NCBI GenBank assembly: GCA_951406725.2
Contig: OX597833.1
Span: forward strand, 65,286,001 to 65,350,000
Direction: 5' to 3'
Source: Octopus vulgaris
Lineage: Eukaryota
DNA length: 64,000 nt
Each line of letters opens with the position of its first letter. Position 1 is the first letter of the stretch. A program made the position numbers and the translations under genes. Shown here in pieces: positions 12,141 through 25,618 of the stretch. The notes under the pieces are model-generated. The model was not told where the DNA came from, made no database searches, and saw nothing but the letters and a program-made list of their open reading frames with translations.

Positions 12141-12444
12141 ACGAATATATCTGTGTTTTGTCTATATGCTAAGTAATGTCTGAGAAATAGCAAATAGGTA
12201 GGACTTATAGCTCTAGGCGTTGCAAGCTAAATTGAATTTCAAATAATAGATTGTAACACTGCAACCATAGATTCTTCTGGTCATTTGACGAAATGATGGC
12301 TCTCAAGTCTAAATGAAAAAGATGCTAAAAAATAAGATCATTTGTTTCGTATAAGATATCATTCTCCCTCAGGATATTCACCTCCCTACACACACAAGCA
12401 CAGCTGTATAAGTGTGAGAATAAATGTGTGTGTATCTCGCTCTC

Positions 12445-12504
12445 TTGCTCTCTCTCTCTCTCTGTATATATGCATATATATACATATACATAACACTTAT
12501 ATAC

Positions 12505-12536
<32 letters not shown>

Positions 12537-12554
12537 GTCTATGTGTATACGGAG

Positions 12555-12614
<60 letters not shown>

Positions 12615-12649
12615 GTCTGTCTATCTATCTATCTATCTATCTATCTATA

Positions 12650-12700
<51 letters not shown>

Positions 12701-12719
12701 GTATCTATCTATCTATCTA

Positions 12720-12769
<50 letters not shown>

Positions 12770-12970
12770 CATATATCCACCTACATCACACACAAAAGTA
12801 CGCGTGTATATATGTATGTGTACACGTATGTATGTGTGTTTGTATGTGTGTATGAACGTATGTTTCTATGCATGTATGTATGTATGTATGTATGTATGTA
12901 TGTATGTGTGTATATGCATGTATGTGTATATGTATGTGTGTATGTATGTGTGTATGTATGTGTGTATGTA
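12445..12970. repeat. Compound (TC)n/(TA)n/(TATC)n/(TATG)n microsatellite
   Basis: Directly visible. Confidence 0.95.
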
Positions 12971-13671
12971 GGTTGTATGTGCATTGCCACATAATCCAAC
13001 TCAATTAGTTCAGCGATTTGAAAGCAAGCACCACGACACAGTGGAGTGCACTGTTGAATGTGTTAGATCTGAAGCAAGGTCATCTCTTTAGCGATGTGTG
13101 AAGGAATCCAAGCATATTATAGCTAATTATATTAGAGAACCGCCGAGGAATTGACAGCCGAAAGTACAAACAAAAAAAAGAAAGAACTTTAAAAAGTATA
13201 TTTTTGTTAGAGAAATTTGGTGAGAAATTTGGTGAGAAATTTGGTGAGAAATTCTATTTTTGTAAACTAGTTGATGACAGCTAATGTAGGTCATAGCAGA
13301 TGTTTAAAGACCAGAAAAGTAGAATCCACCAAATGAAGTTCTCATTCAGATATGGCGTCCAGATTTTTATTTCCCCACTTCGTCTTTTCGAGCTTTAGAA
13401 TTGGTTTTATGTTAGGAAGAAGGTGAGATATGTCAGAAAAGGGATCAAATCGATTAAGCCGACTGTAAATCAAACCTTTAATTCCAAGATTTATTTGTTT
13501 ATAACAACTGAATAAATTTAATAAAAGCATCTAAATATGAAACACCATGAAAATTGTTCAAACTGAAGTCCTTCTTCAGCGATATATTTTTCCATTCGAG
13601 TCAATACAGAATTACAGATAGTATTTATGGAATTATGATTTACCGTCGGATGACTTTTGGCCGTCCTTGTA

Positions 13672-14485
13672 TACAGAGTGTGCGCCACTTTATATTTTTA
13701 ATTTCGCGCATAAGCGTTGTTTGATTTTGATTTTGTTGACTACACAGTTTAGTAGGGTCTGTTGGGCACCACCGTGTGTCAGAAAAACAGCACTAGCACA
13801 CAAGTTACTCTGCCACAATTTGGAAAGGACATGTTGTACAGCTTGACATTTGCGCCGTAACCTCCAATACGAACATTTCAGAGTATTTGGGTGTCAATCT
13901 GAGGACATTGCAATCTGAGGGCATGTACCGCGAGTGATAAAAATCAAACATCCAGACAACATCATGGTGCTTCGTGTGATCAATAGTAATGGTGACGTTA
14001 TGCCTCCATTCATCTTCCTACAAGACCTCAAACTCAACACAGAGGCCTACATCAAGTGTCTCAAGTAGGTCAAGAGAGAGGCTGCAGGAAGACCCTATGA
14101 CGGAGAACTCACTCATGGCCGTCAGGCAATTTCTGCGACCACATGACCCTTAACATCTGGCCACCTAACACCCCAGACTACAACCCCCTAGATTATTGTG
14201 CGTAGAGCGCAGTTGAGCGAGAGACCAACAACATTTCTTGTAACACCAAAGATGAACTGAAGGCAAGGATTATGGCAGCATTCACCAGCTTAAACAAGGA
14301 AACCATCCAGAAGAGTTGCAGAAGATTCCGAAGTCGTCTAGAGGCTGTGGTTGAAGCCAATGCTGGTTTTATTGAATAAATTTACTCTTTAGTATTTCAA
14401 GATATTTTGATGTTATTTTGGTAAAGGTATCTGCTAAAATGAGATGTCAGCATTATTTTCATTTTGCGTAATTTAGACGACACTT
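13672..14485 (+). mobile_element. Decayed IS630-Tc1-mariner transposon, DD37D/maT-like transposase remnant
   Basis: About 13936-14379 translates KHPDNIMVLRVINSNGDVMPPFIF...NTEAYIKCL and WPPNTPDYNPLDYCA*SAVER...ELKARIMAAF...SCRRFRSRLEAVVEANAGFIE*. The WPPxSPDLNPLDY-type third-Asp motif is present, with internal deletions and stops. Outer ends are approximate. Confidence 0.85.
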
Positions 14486-14729
14486 TAAGTGTGTATGTGT
14501 GTCTGTATTTTAGTAATGTCTAACAAACAGCATATGGTTAAGAAGTATAGCCAAAGATTTTTTGTTTTTTTTTAAACAACATCGCTTGTTTTCCATATAA
14601 TAATCTCAAATGAATGTTGTACAAGGAAAATTCAGCGACCTATACAGTGTTATTACAGAAACCGCAGGGCATTTTATCAAATGCTTAAATAACTATCAAC
14701 TTACCACTCTGGAAATACATTCAACATAT

Positions 14730-14900
14730 CGTTCCCCGATGGGTAAAAAGCAAAGTCGACTTCAGTGCAATTTGAACCTATAATGTAAAAATCTTAATCA
14801 AATATCGCAAGGCATTTTAAATAACTGCACCCATTCACCGGTCTGGAATGATTTTTAATTAATTTATCGATCCCCGAAGGATAAAAGACAAACTTGATTT
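14730..14900 (-). mobile_element. SINE family A degenerate fragments
   Basis: aaagcaaagtcgacttc..aatttgaacc and tttatcgatccccgaaggataaaagacaaa. Confidence 0.55.
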
Positions 14901-15419
14901 CAATAAGATTTTAGCAAATTTAGGAGGGGCTTTTTTCGTTCTTCTACTAAAAGTAAACAACATTTTGTATGAGTTTTATACCATGGAACTTATTAATACC
15001 ATATTTGATCATGACATACAGCTTCTTTCACAACTTAAAAATAAACAATATTTCCATGATTCTCTATTGAACGCATCACAAACACAAGTTCTACACACTC
15101 GTTTTTTCTTTGTTCTACTCATTTCTTCAGTAAAATCCAAATCTCTGAAGAATTCCGCGTTATATCTTTTATGCCATACATCAATCTTTCATCTCTTGTT
15201 TCTTCTGTCGTCCATATGTCTGTCCCAATTTACAAAAAGTGACAAAAAAAAACGAAACGCGTGAATCGTTTATTCCAAAATATTTTAATCTATACTTTTT
15301 CTTTTGGTTCTCTTTTTTTTAAATAATAATTCTAAGAACTTTGTTCTATGATCTGCTAAAAATTGTAGTAAACTTTTCCTTCAACCACATCGTGCCGCCT
15401 AACGAAACGAAGAAGATAT

Positions 15420-15722
15420 TTCAGATATGGCTGTCTGGCAGAAAGATTGCTTCCCAACCACAGAGATCCGGGTTCAGTTCCACTCTGTGGCACCTTGGGC
15501 AAGTGTCTTCTATGATAGACTCGGTTCAACCAAAGCGTTTCGAGTTTCGTGGATGGAAACTCTGTATCTGTGTGTGCGTGTGTGTCTGTGTGTGTGCGTA
15601 TGTGTCTGTGTGCATGTGTGGGTGGGTGTGCGTGCGTGTGTGAAACATGGAGAGAAAGTGTGAGAGGGTGAGTGTGAAAGAATAAGTGAAACTTGGGAGG
15701 AAGAGTTCTAGAGATACGCTAA

Positions 15723-15759
<37 letters not shown>

Positions 15760-15970
15760 TCTTTGTGTCTGTGTTCGTCACCCAAAGCCGCCTTACAACT
15801 GGTGTTGGGTTTTTTTTTTACCTCCCCGTAATATCGTAATATTAGCGGTTCGGCATGACAGACCAATAGATTAAATATCAGATTTTAAAAATTTCATAAA
15901 TTGTTCGACAAAAAAAATTCTGCAAGGCGGTGCTCCAGCATGGACACACTCTAATAAATGAAAGAAGTAA
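15420..15970 (+). mobile_element. SINE family B, degenerate, with expanded internal (TG)n
   Basis: gggttcagttccactctgtggcaccttgggcaagtgtcttc...ttagcggttcggca...aaggcggtgctccagcatgg. Confidence 0.75.
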
Positions 15971-16629
15971 CAAATTTTTTTGAAATGTAGCAAGCGATAC
16001 ACATTGCATTGAAAAAAACCGGACAAACATATTCGGACCTGACGTGAGGTTTACTAAATAGCTTTGTGCTTTTTCGTAGGAAACGTACGGGTAATACATC
16101 AGATTGTCTTGGACAAACATGCTCAGAATTACTTCTTAGCTATTGCTTGAATGGCCAGATAAGAAAAGAACATGACATTAAAAAGATAGAATAGGATTTG
16201 AAACCGCGGCAAAGTATTATTTCGTTAAGATAACAGCAAGGCGCTAAATCTGTCAGCTTATTCTATGGTGACATAAAACGCTACAAACTACTTTTTGTGC
16301 TGAACTTGCATGAAATGTCTCCCATATTAGCGTGTTTTATTTTTGTGTTAGCTTTTCACAGAACTTTCACTTATTCAGTGTTGAGTCTTAGTATTATTAA
16401 ATCGTTTGAACAGACGCATGCGCACTCACACGGACACACACAAATACATATACATACATGAAAAAATACAAAACGTTCGCCAACGTATATTTACGTGTAG
16501 ATATGCATAAATGCAACTTGTGTAAACAAATCGCTTTGCGTAATCTTTATATCTAACTATCTATATATAATGCATGGTGGGAAAGTTGTGTGAGGGTAAG
16601 TGTGCGTGTCTGTTTTGCACAAACACACA

Positions 16630-16632
<3 letters not shown>

Positions 16633-16708
<76 letters not shown>

Positions 16709-17079
16709 CTATATACATATATATATGTATATGTATATGTACATATATGTATTTATCTATCTATCTATATATATATATGTATATAATTATATATATGCAT
16801 GTAAGTATAAATATATGCATATATACATATATATTTATTTATATGCATGCGTATATATATATATGTGTGTATATGTGTGCATGTATATATACATGCATAT
16901 ATTTCTGTGTATATATGCATAAATGTACACACACACACACACATATATATATATGTGTGTGTGTATGTATATGTGTATGTATTTATCCATGTATGCCCGT
17001 ATATATACATACATATATCTGTAGATATCTATGTACATATATTTATATATATATGTGTGTGTTTGTGTGTGTGTATATG

Positions 17080-17113
<34 letters not shown>

Positions 17114-17195
17114 TGTATGTATGTATGTATGTATGTATGTATGTATGTATGTATGTATGTATGTATGTATGTATGTATGAGGTATATATATATAA
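16633..17195. repeat. (TA)n/(TATG)n microsatellite block
   Basis: Directly visible. Confidence 0.95.
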
Positions 17196-18099
17196 GCTAT
17201 GCATTTGCTGACAAAGATATTGTGAAGAGCATTATCTTCTTTTTCTGTTGCTATACAATTTTTAGTGAAGTTTGAAGATAAAGAACAGAAGCAGATACAC
17301 AGGTAAGATATAGAAAAAAAAATGATGCGTAATCAACTTTAGCCTACCTAAGTTCATGACAGTAGTCTAATATGTCTCTGTTATAACAAAAATACTATAT
17401 ATATATATATATATATATACACAACCAAAGAAGACGTGGTGAGAAATAAAAGTGTGTTTTCTAATATAGTTATTTATTTTTCATTTTTGGTTTCTCTGTG
17501 ATTTTTTATATTGTTATAAGAAAAGTCATCACCAATAACATCAACAATAATCTTTACAAATAACAAACCAAGACTTGGATGCTGAATTCTGTTCATGTAG
17601 GTGTATGCAACCTAATTACTCGCGCATTTATTTGCATGTAGGATCTCTAAACATGTGTGCGTTTGTAGACGTCTGAGTTGTAAGCTTTTTGTCGCATGAA
17701 TATGTGTGTATGTTTGTGTCTGAATATGTATCTACCTGAATGTATATGTATATATGCGTGTATATATATTGTGTGATTTCGTCTATGTACGTAAATGTGG
17801 CTGTGAATGTGCACATTTGTATATGTGTGTATGTATGTCTATGTCAGCAAATATGTTTGTGGCACCTGTTTGTGTCTGTGTGTGTATATGTGCATATGTA
17901 TACGTGAGCGGGTCTGTATATATGAGCAGAGCAAATTTTTTCTATGTCTGTATGAGTCAATCTGCGTCAATATATTTATATATGTGTATGTATATGTGAG
18001 TGTATCTGACTGTTGTGTATATGTGCGTTTGCGCGTGCATATGTGCATATACATTTATATACAAAGATAAACTTATATTCATATATATATATATATATA

Positions 18100-18297
18100 A
18101 ATTCCTTTCTACTCTAGGCATTGGGTAAGGGGCCAGTCTATCAGCCTGCCTCCTGTACACAACTGGTACTTAACGTATCGACCCCGAAGGATGAAAGGCA
18201 AAGACGTCCTCGGCGGAATTTGAACTCAGAACATAGAGACAGACGAAATACCGCTAAGCATCTTGCCTAGCGTGCTAGCGTTTCTGCCAGCCCACCA
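18100..18297 (-). mobile_element. SINE family A with alternative tail (cctagagtagaaaggaat)
   Basis: Family A body. The tail matches the 24795-24840 and 56270-56318 type. Confidence 0.8.
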
Positions 18298-18299
18298 CC

Positions 18300-18388
<89 letters not shown>

Positions 18389-19551
18389 TATATACATACA
18401 CATAAGTGTACGTGTATTTGTGTATGCATGTATGCATTTGTTCTTGTATGCTTTATTGCGTGTGCATACCTGCATCCATACACATGAGTATATCTGTTTG
18501 TTCGACGTATATTTGCGTCTCCATGTGTCTATATTAGCGTGTATATGTCAATATATATATATTTATACATATATATATATATATATATATATAAGAGTAT
18601 GTTTCTATATTTCATATTCATTGTTGTGTAGATTTGAATCAGTATATTCTTAAGTTTCAATATGTATGTATATTATTATGCTAGAACATCTCTATTTATA
18701 TGTCTACATACATGTGTACGAGCATTTAATTTTGTGCTCATGCGTATTTACATATTTGAGAGAATCCTACGCTAATTTTGCTTCGGTTACAAGGTGAGGC
18801 AGAGCAGAGCGAAGAAGCAGACCCAAACTACATCTCGCTTAATAATTCTTCATTCGGTGTAAATATTTCATAAACGTACCTTACTACCTCTAAATTCTAA
18901 TCAGTCCCTACAGCTTATCCGGGCTTTTTTGTACGATATCACACTAGAAGTTTAGCTGCATCAACAAATTTCATGCCAATGAGGAATTTTCTTTCTGTTT
19001 CTGATGCAGCAAGTTCCTTTCTGTTCGAATGGATCGGAGCTTATAGTTGCACGAATAAATTGGATTTCTTCCCGATACATAAAATTTATGCCCCTTCCGT
19101 TCGCTTAAACGTTGCTATATAGTCAGGAGCTAACATTGATGTTTGTTGACTGCACCACAGCGTGTATAAATCGTTGTTTGCAACTGGAAAACAATAAAGA
19201 AATGATTTACTTTTATAGTTTTGTTTCATTGCGTTTCAATGGTAAATTCCTTCCCTTCGGAATGTATCTGCTGTCAGAAGGCATATTGCAGTGGCGGCAG
19301 AAACTGACGCAACCAAGCGAGATAGGAAAATTCAACGAACGCACCATGTTCTGCTCTCCATTACACGATAGCTTCAGCAGCGAGTTGAACGATAAAGATA
19401 CACTTGCAGAGATATCTTTATGGAAGTGCAACGCACACACACACACACAAACGCACACACACACGCACGCACACACACACACACACGTACGGACACACAC
19501 GCACGTACGGACACACACATACACACACGCACGCACAAACATAAACTCATA

Positions 19552-19582
<31 letters not shown>

Positions 19583-19892
19583 GTATATATATATATGTGT
19601 GTGTGTGTATGTATATATACATATATATATTATGTATGTATGTGTATATATATATATATATATATATACATACATATATAATATGCATATATGTATATAT
19701 ATACATACACACACACACATACATATACATACAATCACACACAAACACATATACACGTTTATATAAGTATATATATATATATAAGTGTATATATACGTAA
19801 GTATATATATATACATATATATATTAAATTAGGGATAAAACCACTATTAGGCAAATATATTATATATATGTGTGTGTGTTTGTGTGTATGTT

Positions 19893-19933
<41 letters not shown>

Positions 19934-20550
19934 GTGCTTGTAGATGTGTACATGCATATATTCTCGGTCGACGTGACAATTAGGATTAAACATATATATT
20001 TTCTGATACTGCAGATTTTCTTATAAAATAATACACAAAACAGAATGGTAAATCTGTCTCAACAAGATCTCTCAAGCAAATCTCAGAAGAAAACAGGAAA
20101 AAAAATAACGAAACAAAATTCCTCTCGTTTTAGACAACTGCATCCACTCAACAAAATCCTTCGTTTTATAGGCAAGTTTCTGAAATAAATTACCAGGAAA
20201 ATGATAGCAGCCAAAGTCTTCGGCAAATCACGCCATATCGTCTATCTTCTTTTCGCGTTTTACTTGTTCCACTCATCGGACTGCTGCCGTGCTTGTGCAT
20301 AGCTTTGAAAGAATATAGTGCCAAAATAATCGACCCCGGTGCTTATGTATTTTGTTTGTTTGTATTTTTTTTTTTTTTTTTTTGGGGTGGTGATGTGACT
20401 GGGACCTGTTCTTTAGGTCACTATCGCAGGACTCTTTTGATCTGAAGAGGTAAAGGAACCAAATGTCATTGGCGGCGGCGTGACAAACAAATACACAATG
20501 GCATACCCAGCAAAAAACACACACATACACACACATATACACGCACACAT

Positions 20551-20596
<46 letters not shown>

Positions 20597-20694
20597 GGTA
20601 CCCCGGTATGGCTGCAGTCTAATGACTGAAAGACGTAAAATGTAATATATATATGTGTATAAATATATATATGTGCGTGTGTATTTCACCAGTA

Positions 20695-20912
20695 CTGTGT
20701 GGTAAGAAGCTTACCACACTACCCAACCCGGTTTAGCCGAGTTCAGTTCCACTGCGTGGGACCTTGAGCAAGTGTCTTCTACTGTAGCCTCGGGCCGACC
20801 AAATCCTTGTGAATGGATTTGGTAGACGGAAACTGAAAGAAGGCCGTCGTAATATATATATATATACATGTGTGTGTGCATCTTTGTGTGTCTATGTTTG
20901 TATGTCTGTGTT
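20695..20912 (+). mobile_element. SINE family B, 5' half
   Basis: ctgtgtggtaag...gagttcagttccactgcgtgggaccttgagcaagtgtcttc...gacggaaactgaaagaagg. Confidence 0.85.
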
Positions 20913-21255
20913 TCATCTATGCCTAGGTACTTATAGGATTCTTTGTGTGGAATGGAGAAGATACAGAGGCCGTTGATGCACAGGTTTGGGTTTTGGAGGA
21001 CTGGCTTTCCTCGTTCTATAACCAAATATGGTAATTTCTTTTGGCCAAATTCCATACCTATATCAGCTGAAAATGTTATTAATTCCAGTTGTTTTTTGGC
21101 ATCGTTAACACTTCTTGCATAAATCTTTAAATCGTACACAAAGAAATTATGAGTTACATTGATATTTCTAGCAGTTGAAGATCCTAGCATGTAACCATTT
21201 GTTTTCTGCAGTAGGGATGATAATGGATTCAGTGCAAAAAGGAACCAAAAAATGT
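20913..21255 (-). mobile_element. R4/Dong-clade LINE reverse-transcriptase fragment
   Basis: LFALNPLSSLL..GY...THNFFVYDLKIYA...FSADIGMEFG...GK...YKYLGIDE (track ORF 20711..21361). These are R4/Dong RT domain 5-7 motifs. Confidence 0.85.
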
Positions 21256-21264
21256 TCATACCTA

Positions 21265-21266
21265 TG

Positions 21267-21300
<34 letters not shown>

Positions 21301-21585
21301 TATGTTTGTGTATGCATGTATGTATGTATGTATGTGTGTATGCATGTATGTATGTATGCATGTATGTATGTATGTATGTACGTACGTATGTATGTGTGTG
21401 TATGTATGTATGTGTGTACGTATGTATGTATGTGTGTGTATGTATGTGTGTATGTATGTATGTATGTATGTATGTATGTATGTATGTATGTATGTATGTA
21501 TGTATGTATGTATGTATGTATGCATGTATGTATGTATCTATGTATATATCTATGTATGTATGTATTTATTTATGTTTGTATGCAT
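21265..21585. repeat. (TATG)n/(CATA)n microsatellite
   Basis: Directly visible. Confidence 0.95.
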
Positions 21586-21587
21586 GG

Positions 21588-22700
21588 CATTATTTAGTCT
21601 TATTTCGAGATTTCTTACCAACAGAGAAACAGCTGGTTTCTAACCTAGGTTCCTTCATTGGAATTTCAACATCAAGAACAGGGAATTTTTGTATGTTTGT
21701 ATGTATGTATGTATGTATTATGTATTTATGTATGTATGTATTATGTATGTATTCTCATACACATAGTTACATATCTAGACATGCCCATATATATTGAAAT
21801 GATAAACATCTGGAAAGTTTTATAGATTTTTACAGTTCCAGCGACAAATTAGATTTGCAGTCTTCAAATTAGCTTTCTCCATTCTGGTTTTGAGAAGCCG
21901 AATTTCTCAAGATTGCCATTTAGGCAGCGTGTTAATACTTTGTGGTTAAAAGATGTTGTCGAAAAGATATGATACGACATTCAAAGACATTTTGGATCGA
22001 TCTCAAACCTCAGCTGCCTTGTTTTCGTTTAAGGTAGTGGTGGTGTACGTCATTGTTTATGTGGAAATTATGTATGCTTGTTAATCTTTTTCGGGTTTTC
22101 ACATCAATGGCTCGAACTCATCAAACGTCCAATCAAGCAGCCCAAATGTTGGTATAAGTACTGGCACTACAAACACGTTGTGGGCCACTGTTTTATTGAA
22201 TGCAGAGAGTTCTGCGGTTCAAATTCTTTTTATTCGGTTGTAATATTCTTTAGTGACACGTGTTTTATAACAGATGTTGTTAAATGATATGTATTCATCT
22301 AACCCTAGACTCCTGTAACATTCCACGTCAGATATAGGGGAAACAGTCAAATCATTGATGGAGATGTTGCTAGTCTGGGTAATAGTTTTCCTCCTTTTCA
22401 CAACCATATAACAACATTTATCCTAACCAAACTGCAGCCCTACATCCTTTGAGAATGTTGTAACTAGGTCAAGGCTCTTTTTCATCTAATGCATATTCTT
22501 TGCATAAAGTTTCAATTCATCCACAAAGAAACAGTGTACAATCTTGACATTCCTGTTTCCTTGTGAACCAGTGAGATTTCCGTCAGATTTCCTTAACATG
22601 AATGACAAGGGGTTTACAGAAATGTTAACATCACAGAGAGGCTGTCTCCTCGGAATAGGTCTTTGTGATACTGTATTCTATCAGTGATAATATAGTCAAT
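21588..22700 (-). mobile_element. R4/Dong-clade LINE, 5'-truncated and internally deleted (RT region, RLE C-terminus, probable 3' UTR)
   Basis: 22000-22700 reads GDSLSV..VNPLSFML...HCFFVDELKLYA...TTFSKDVGLQFG*DKC...YRSLGLDE...EYYNRIKRI*TAELSAFNK...VPVLIPTFGLLDW. 21800-21930 reads LEKFGF...I*RLQI*FVAGTVKIYKTF. Both ends abut (CATA)n. Confidence 0.85.
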
Positions 22701-22714
22701 GTATGTATGTTTTA

Positions 22715-22745
<31 letters not shown>

Positions 22746-23872
22746 TATGTGTATGGGACTGCTTTATCTTACATGCTCGTGCCGTTCAGAAGGCTGTAGG
22801 ATGTGATTCGAATGAGATAGCATTTCTATTTCTAGCAGGTCGAGTGACCACGTAGAGACTCTTTGCTCTCTATTACGTAAAACGTCGAACGATACAGTGC
22901 TTCAAAGCAATTAACATTTTATGAAGACGTCTCTGGTTATCACCTGAAATTAAAGTGCACATCTGATAACAATCGAATAACGAATATATGAGGTTACGAT
23001 TGCTATTCTCAACACAAGTCTCTTTCATAACTCGGTTGGCACCTATTCAGGTGTTCTACCGTTAAAACAGCATATAAAGTTTCTCTTACGCACACAGCAT
23101 TACAGACTGTACAACAGAAATATCTATAATCATTCTGTACACATACACTTCGAATTGGTTATGAAAATTGTTGTTTTATGAGTTGCTATATATCAGCCAA
23201 CAATACAATCACTGGTTCTCGATACGTTATAAAGTCTTAAACAGAGAAGAAAGCGCAGATTAAGTGTAGAGTGTAAAGTGAAAATACATTAAACTATCAG
23301 TGAGTGAGACGATAAAATCCATTAGACGGTTCGGGAGCAAAACATTCCGTGTCTGTCGATGGAAATGAATTAAGTTAAAAGTGAAAGTAAATTATCAATT
23401 AAAATATAACATTGATTGATATTAGCAACTATATAAGTTGACGTAGTGTAGACTGAGATGAGTGGCGAGGATATATCATAGAATATATGTAATAAATATA
23501 GAATATTAACAGGTATTGTACGTGGTGGAAACCTTTTATGTGCGTTATATAAACACATAAATACACACGTTTACATAGACTTTAATGCTGTAATGTATTT
23601 ACAGATACAAACACAAATGTGCATATACACATACATACACCCACACATATATATGTATGTGCGTGTATGTATATATGTATATATACAAATATATGTATAT
23701 ACAAATATATGTATATATATACTCTGTATATATATATATACACGTGTGTGTGGTGTGTATGTATGTATGTATGTATGTATAAGCGTATATATATATATAT
23801 ATTTATACATACACGTGTGTGTAAGCGGAAGGAGAGTAATAATGAGAGAGTGAGGGAGAGGGATAGATATAT

Positions 23873-23916
<44 letters not shown>

Positions 23917-24620
23917 ATATATAGATGTGTGTTTACATATATATGCATATAAATGTATGTGTCCATGTATGTATGTGTATATTTATGTGTGTGCGTTGCG
24001 TGTGTGTGTGTGTGTCTGGGTATGTGTGTATACGTATTTCTATGTAAATATATAGAAGTTAATGCCTTTTGCCTCATATCTCTGCGTATCGCTTCACAGA
24101 TTACTGAAACGTTTAAAGAGTAACTGCTTGATTATACACAAGCGAAAATTTCTTCAAACACATTGAAATACGATTACTCATCTATGCATCGAGATACGAT
24201 TGGGTGTGCCATAAAAAATACCTAACCCCGCTTCATTTATCGATATACTCAGAACATCACATTTTAATCTATTCTCTCGTGGACTACTTGATGCTTTCAT
24301 CTCTTCTTCACTGATGTGATTACAAAATATTGGTAAGCAGAAGAAGTTTAAATATTTATCAATCCATTAATATTATTATTTTTTTATATATATAAGCTTA
24401 TCATTCAGGGTGCGGAAAATCCATGAGATAGGACACACAAAGCAGTAATTAGTAGGTATTTTGGATATTCTTCAGCAAATATTGGTGGAACTGTCTGCAA
24501 TAATTGACTTATTTCATGCAAAAGACTATAATAGTTCTTTACGAACTGGGGTCGAAACGTCTACAAATATTAACGGAGTGGTCAATTATGAAAACGATTT
24601 GCATGATACTCATGAATATT

Positions 24621-24840
24621 AAGGCGGCGATCTGGCAGAAACGTTAGAACGCAGGGCGAAATGCGTAGCCGTGTTTCGTCTGCTGCTACGTTCTGAGTTC
24701 AAATTCCACCGAGGTCGACTTTGCCTTTCACCATTTCGGGGTCGATGAGATTAGTACCAGTTATGTACTGGGGTCGATGTAATCTACTTAATTCCCTCGT
24801 CCAAAATTTCAGGCCTTCTGCCTTCAGTAGAAAGGATTAC
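24621..24840 (+). mobile_element. SINE family A with alternative tail, followed by (ATT)n
   Basis: aaggcggcgatctggcagaaacgttag...ccaaaatttcaggccttctgccttcagtagaaaggatta, then (ATT)n to 24908. Confidence 0.9.
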
Positions 24841-24849
24841 TATTATTAA

Positions 24850-24908
<59 letters not shown>

Positions 24909-25420
24909 GGGCGGCGAGCTTGTTGAATCGTTAGCATGTCGGGCGAAATGTGTAGCCGTATTTCGTCTGCCGTTACGTTCTGAGTTCAAATTCCGGCGAG
25001 GTCGACTTTGCCTTTCATCCTTTCGGGGTCGATAAATTAAGTACCAGTTACGCACTGTGGTCGATGTAATCGACTTAATCCGTTTGTCTGTCCTTGTTTG
25101 TCCTCTCTGTGTTTAGCCCCTTGTGGGTAGTAAAGAAATAGGTATTTCTCTGCCGCTACATTCTGAGTTCAAGTTCCGCCGTGGTCCACTTTGTGTTTGA
25201 TAAAATATGTACCAGCTAGGCACTGGAGTCGATGTAATCGACCAGAAATGGCCTGAAATGACCAGAAATGGCCTGAATTCTTTGCATGAACACCCTCCCT
25301 GTACATTAGCTCCATGTCCCCTACATGGCCTTGCTTTTTGCTTTTTGAGCCAAAAAATTAACTTAACTTAATCGACTTAATCCTTCCTCGAAAATTCTGA
25401 GCTTCGGCTAAAATTTGAAC
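24909..25420 (+). mobile_element. SINE family A dimer (full monomer plus head-less monomer), interrupted by a CR1 insertion
   Basis: The second unit starts ggtatttc at 25141, directly after aaagaaata. Confidence 0.85.
25243..25368 (+). mobile_element. Very short 5'-truncated CR1 insertion, same family as 7545-7875
   Basis: cagaaatggcctgaa..catgaacacc...catggccttgctttttgctttttgagcc.aaaaattaacttaact. TSD taatcgac is at 25235-25242 and 25369-25376. Confidence 0.85.
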
Positions 25421-25545
25421 CAATATTGTTGTCATTCATACACCAAACATTGGAAGAAGGAGGTTGTAATAAGATTTGAGAGTGATTATAATGCTTGTGT
25501 GTATATGTGTCGGTGTGTGTCGGAGTATGTAACTTTGTGTTTGTA

Positions 25546-25618
<73 letters not shown>

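Noticed and set aside
13210-13252. (gagaaatttggt)x3
   Set aside because: A trivial short slippage duplication.
19112-19430. Unique-sequence part of the 189-aa ORF
   Set aside because: It has a non-ATG start, no recognisable domain, and runs into (CA)n, so there is no support as an exon.
24530-24570. CGAAACGTC hammerhead half-site (also cgaaaccggtt on the minus strand near 32955, and ctgaaga..gaaac at 5502-5530)
   Set aside because: The core or the stems are missing. They may be decayed Penelope-type ends but cannot be supported as ribozymes.
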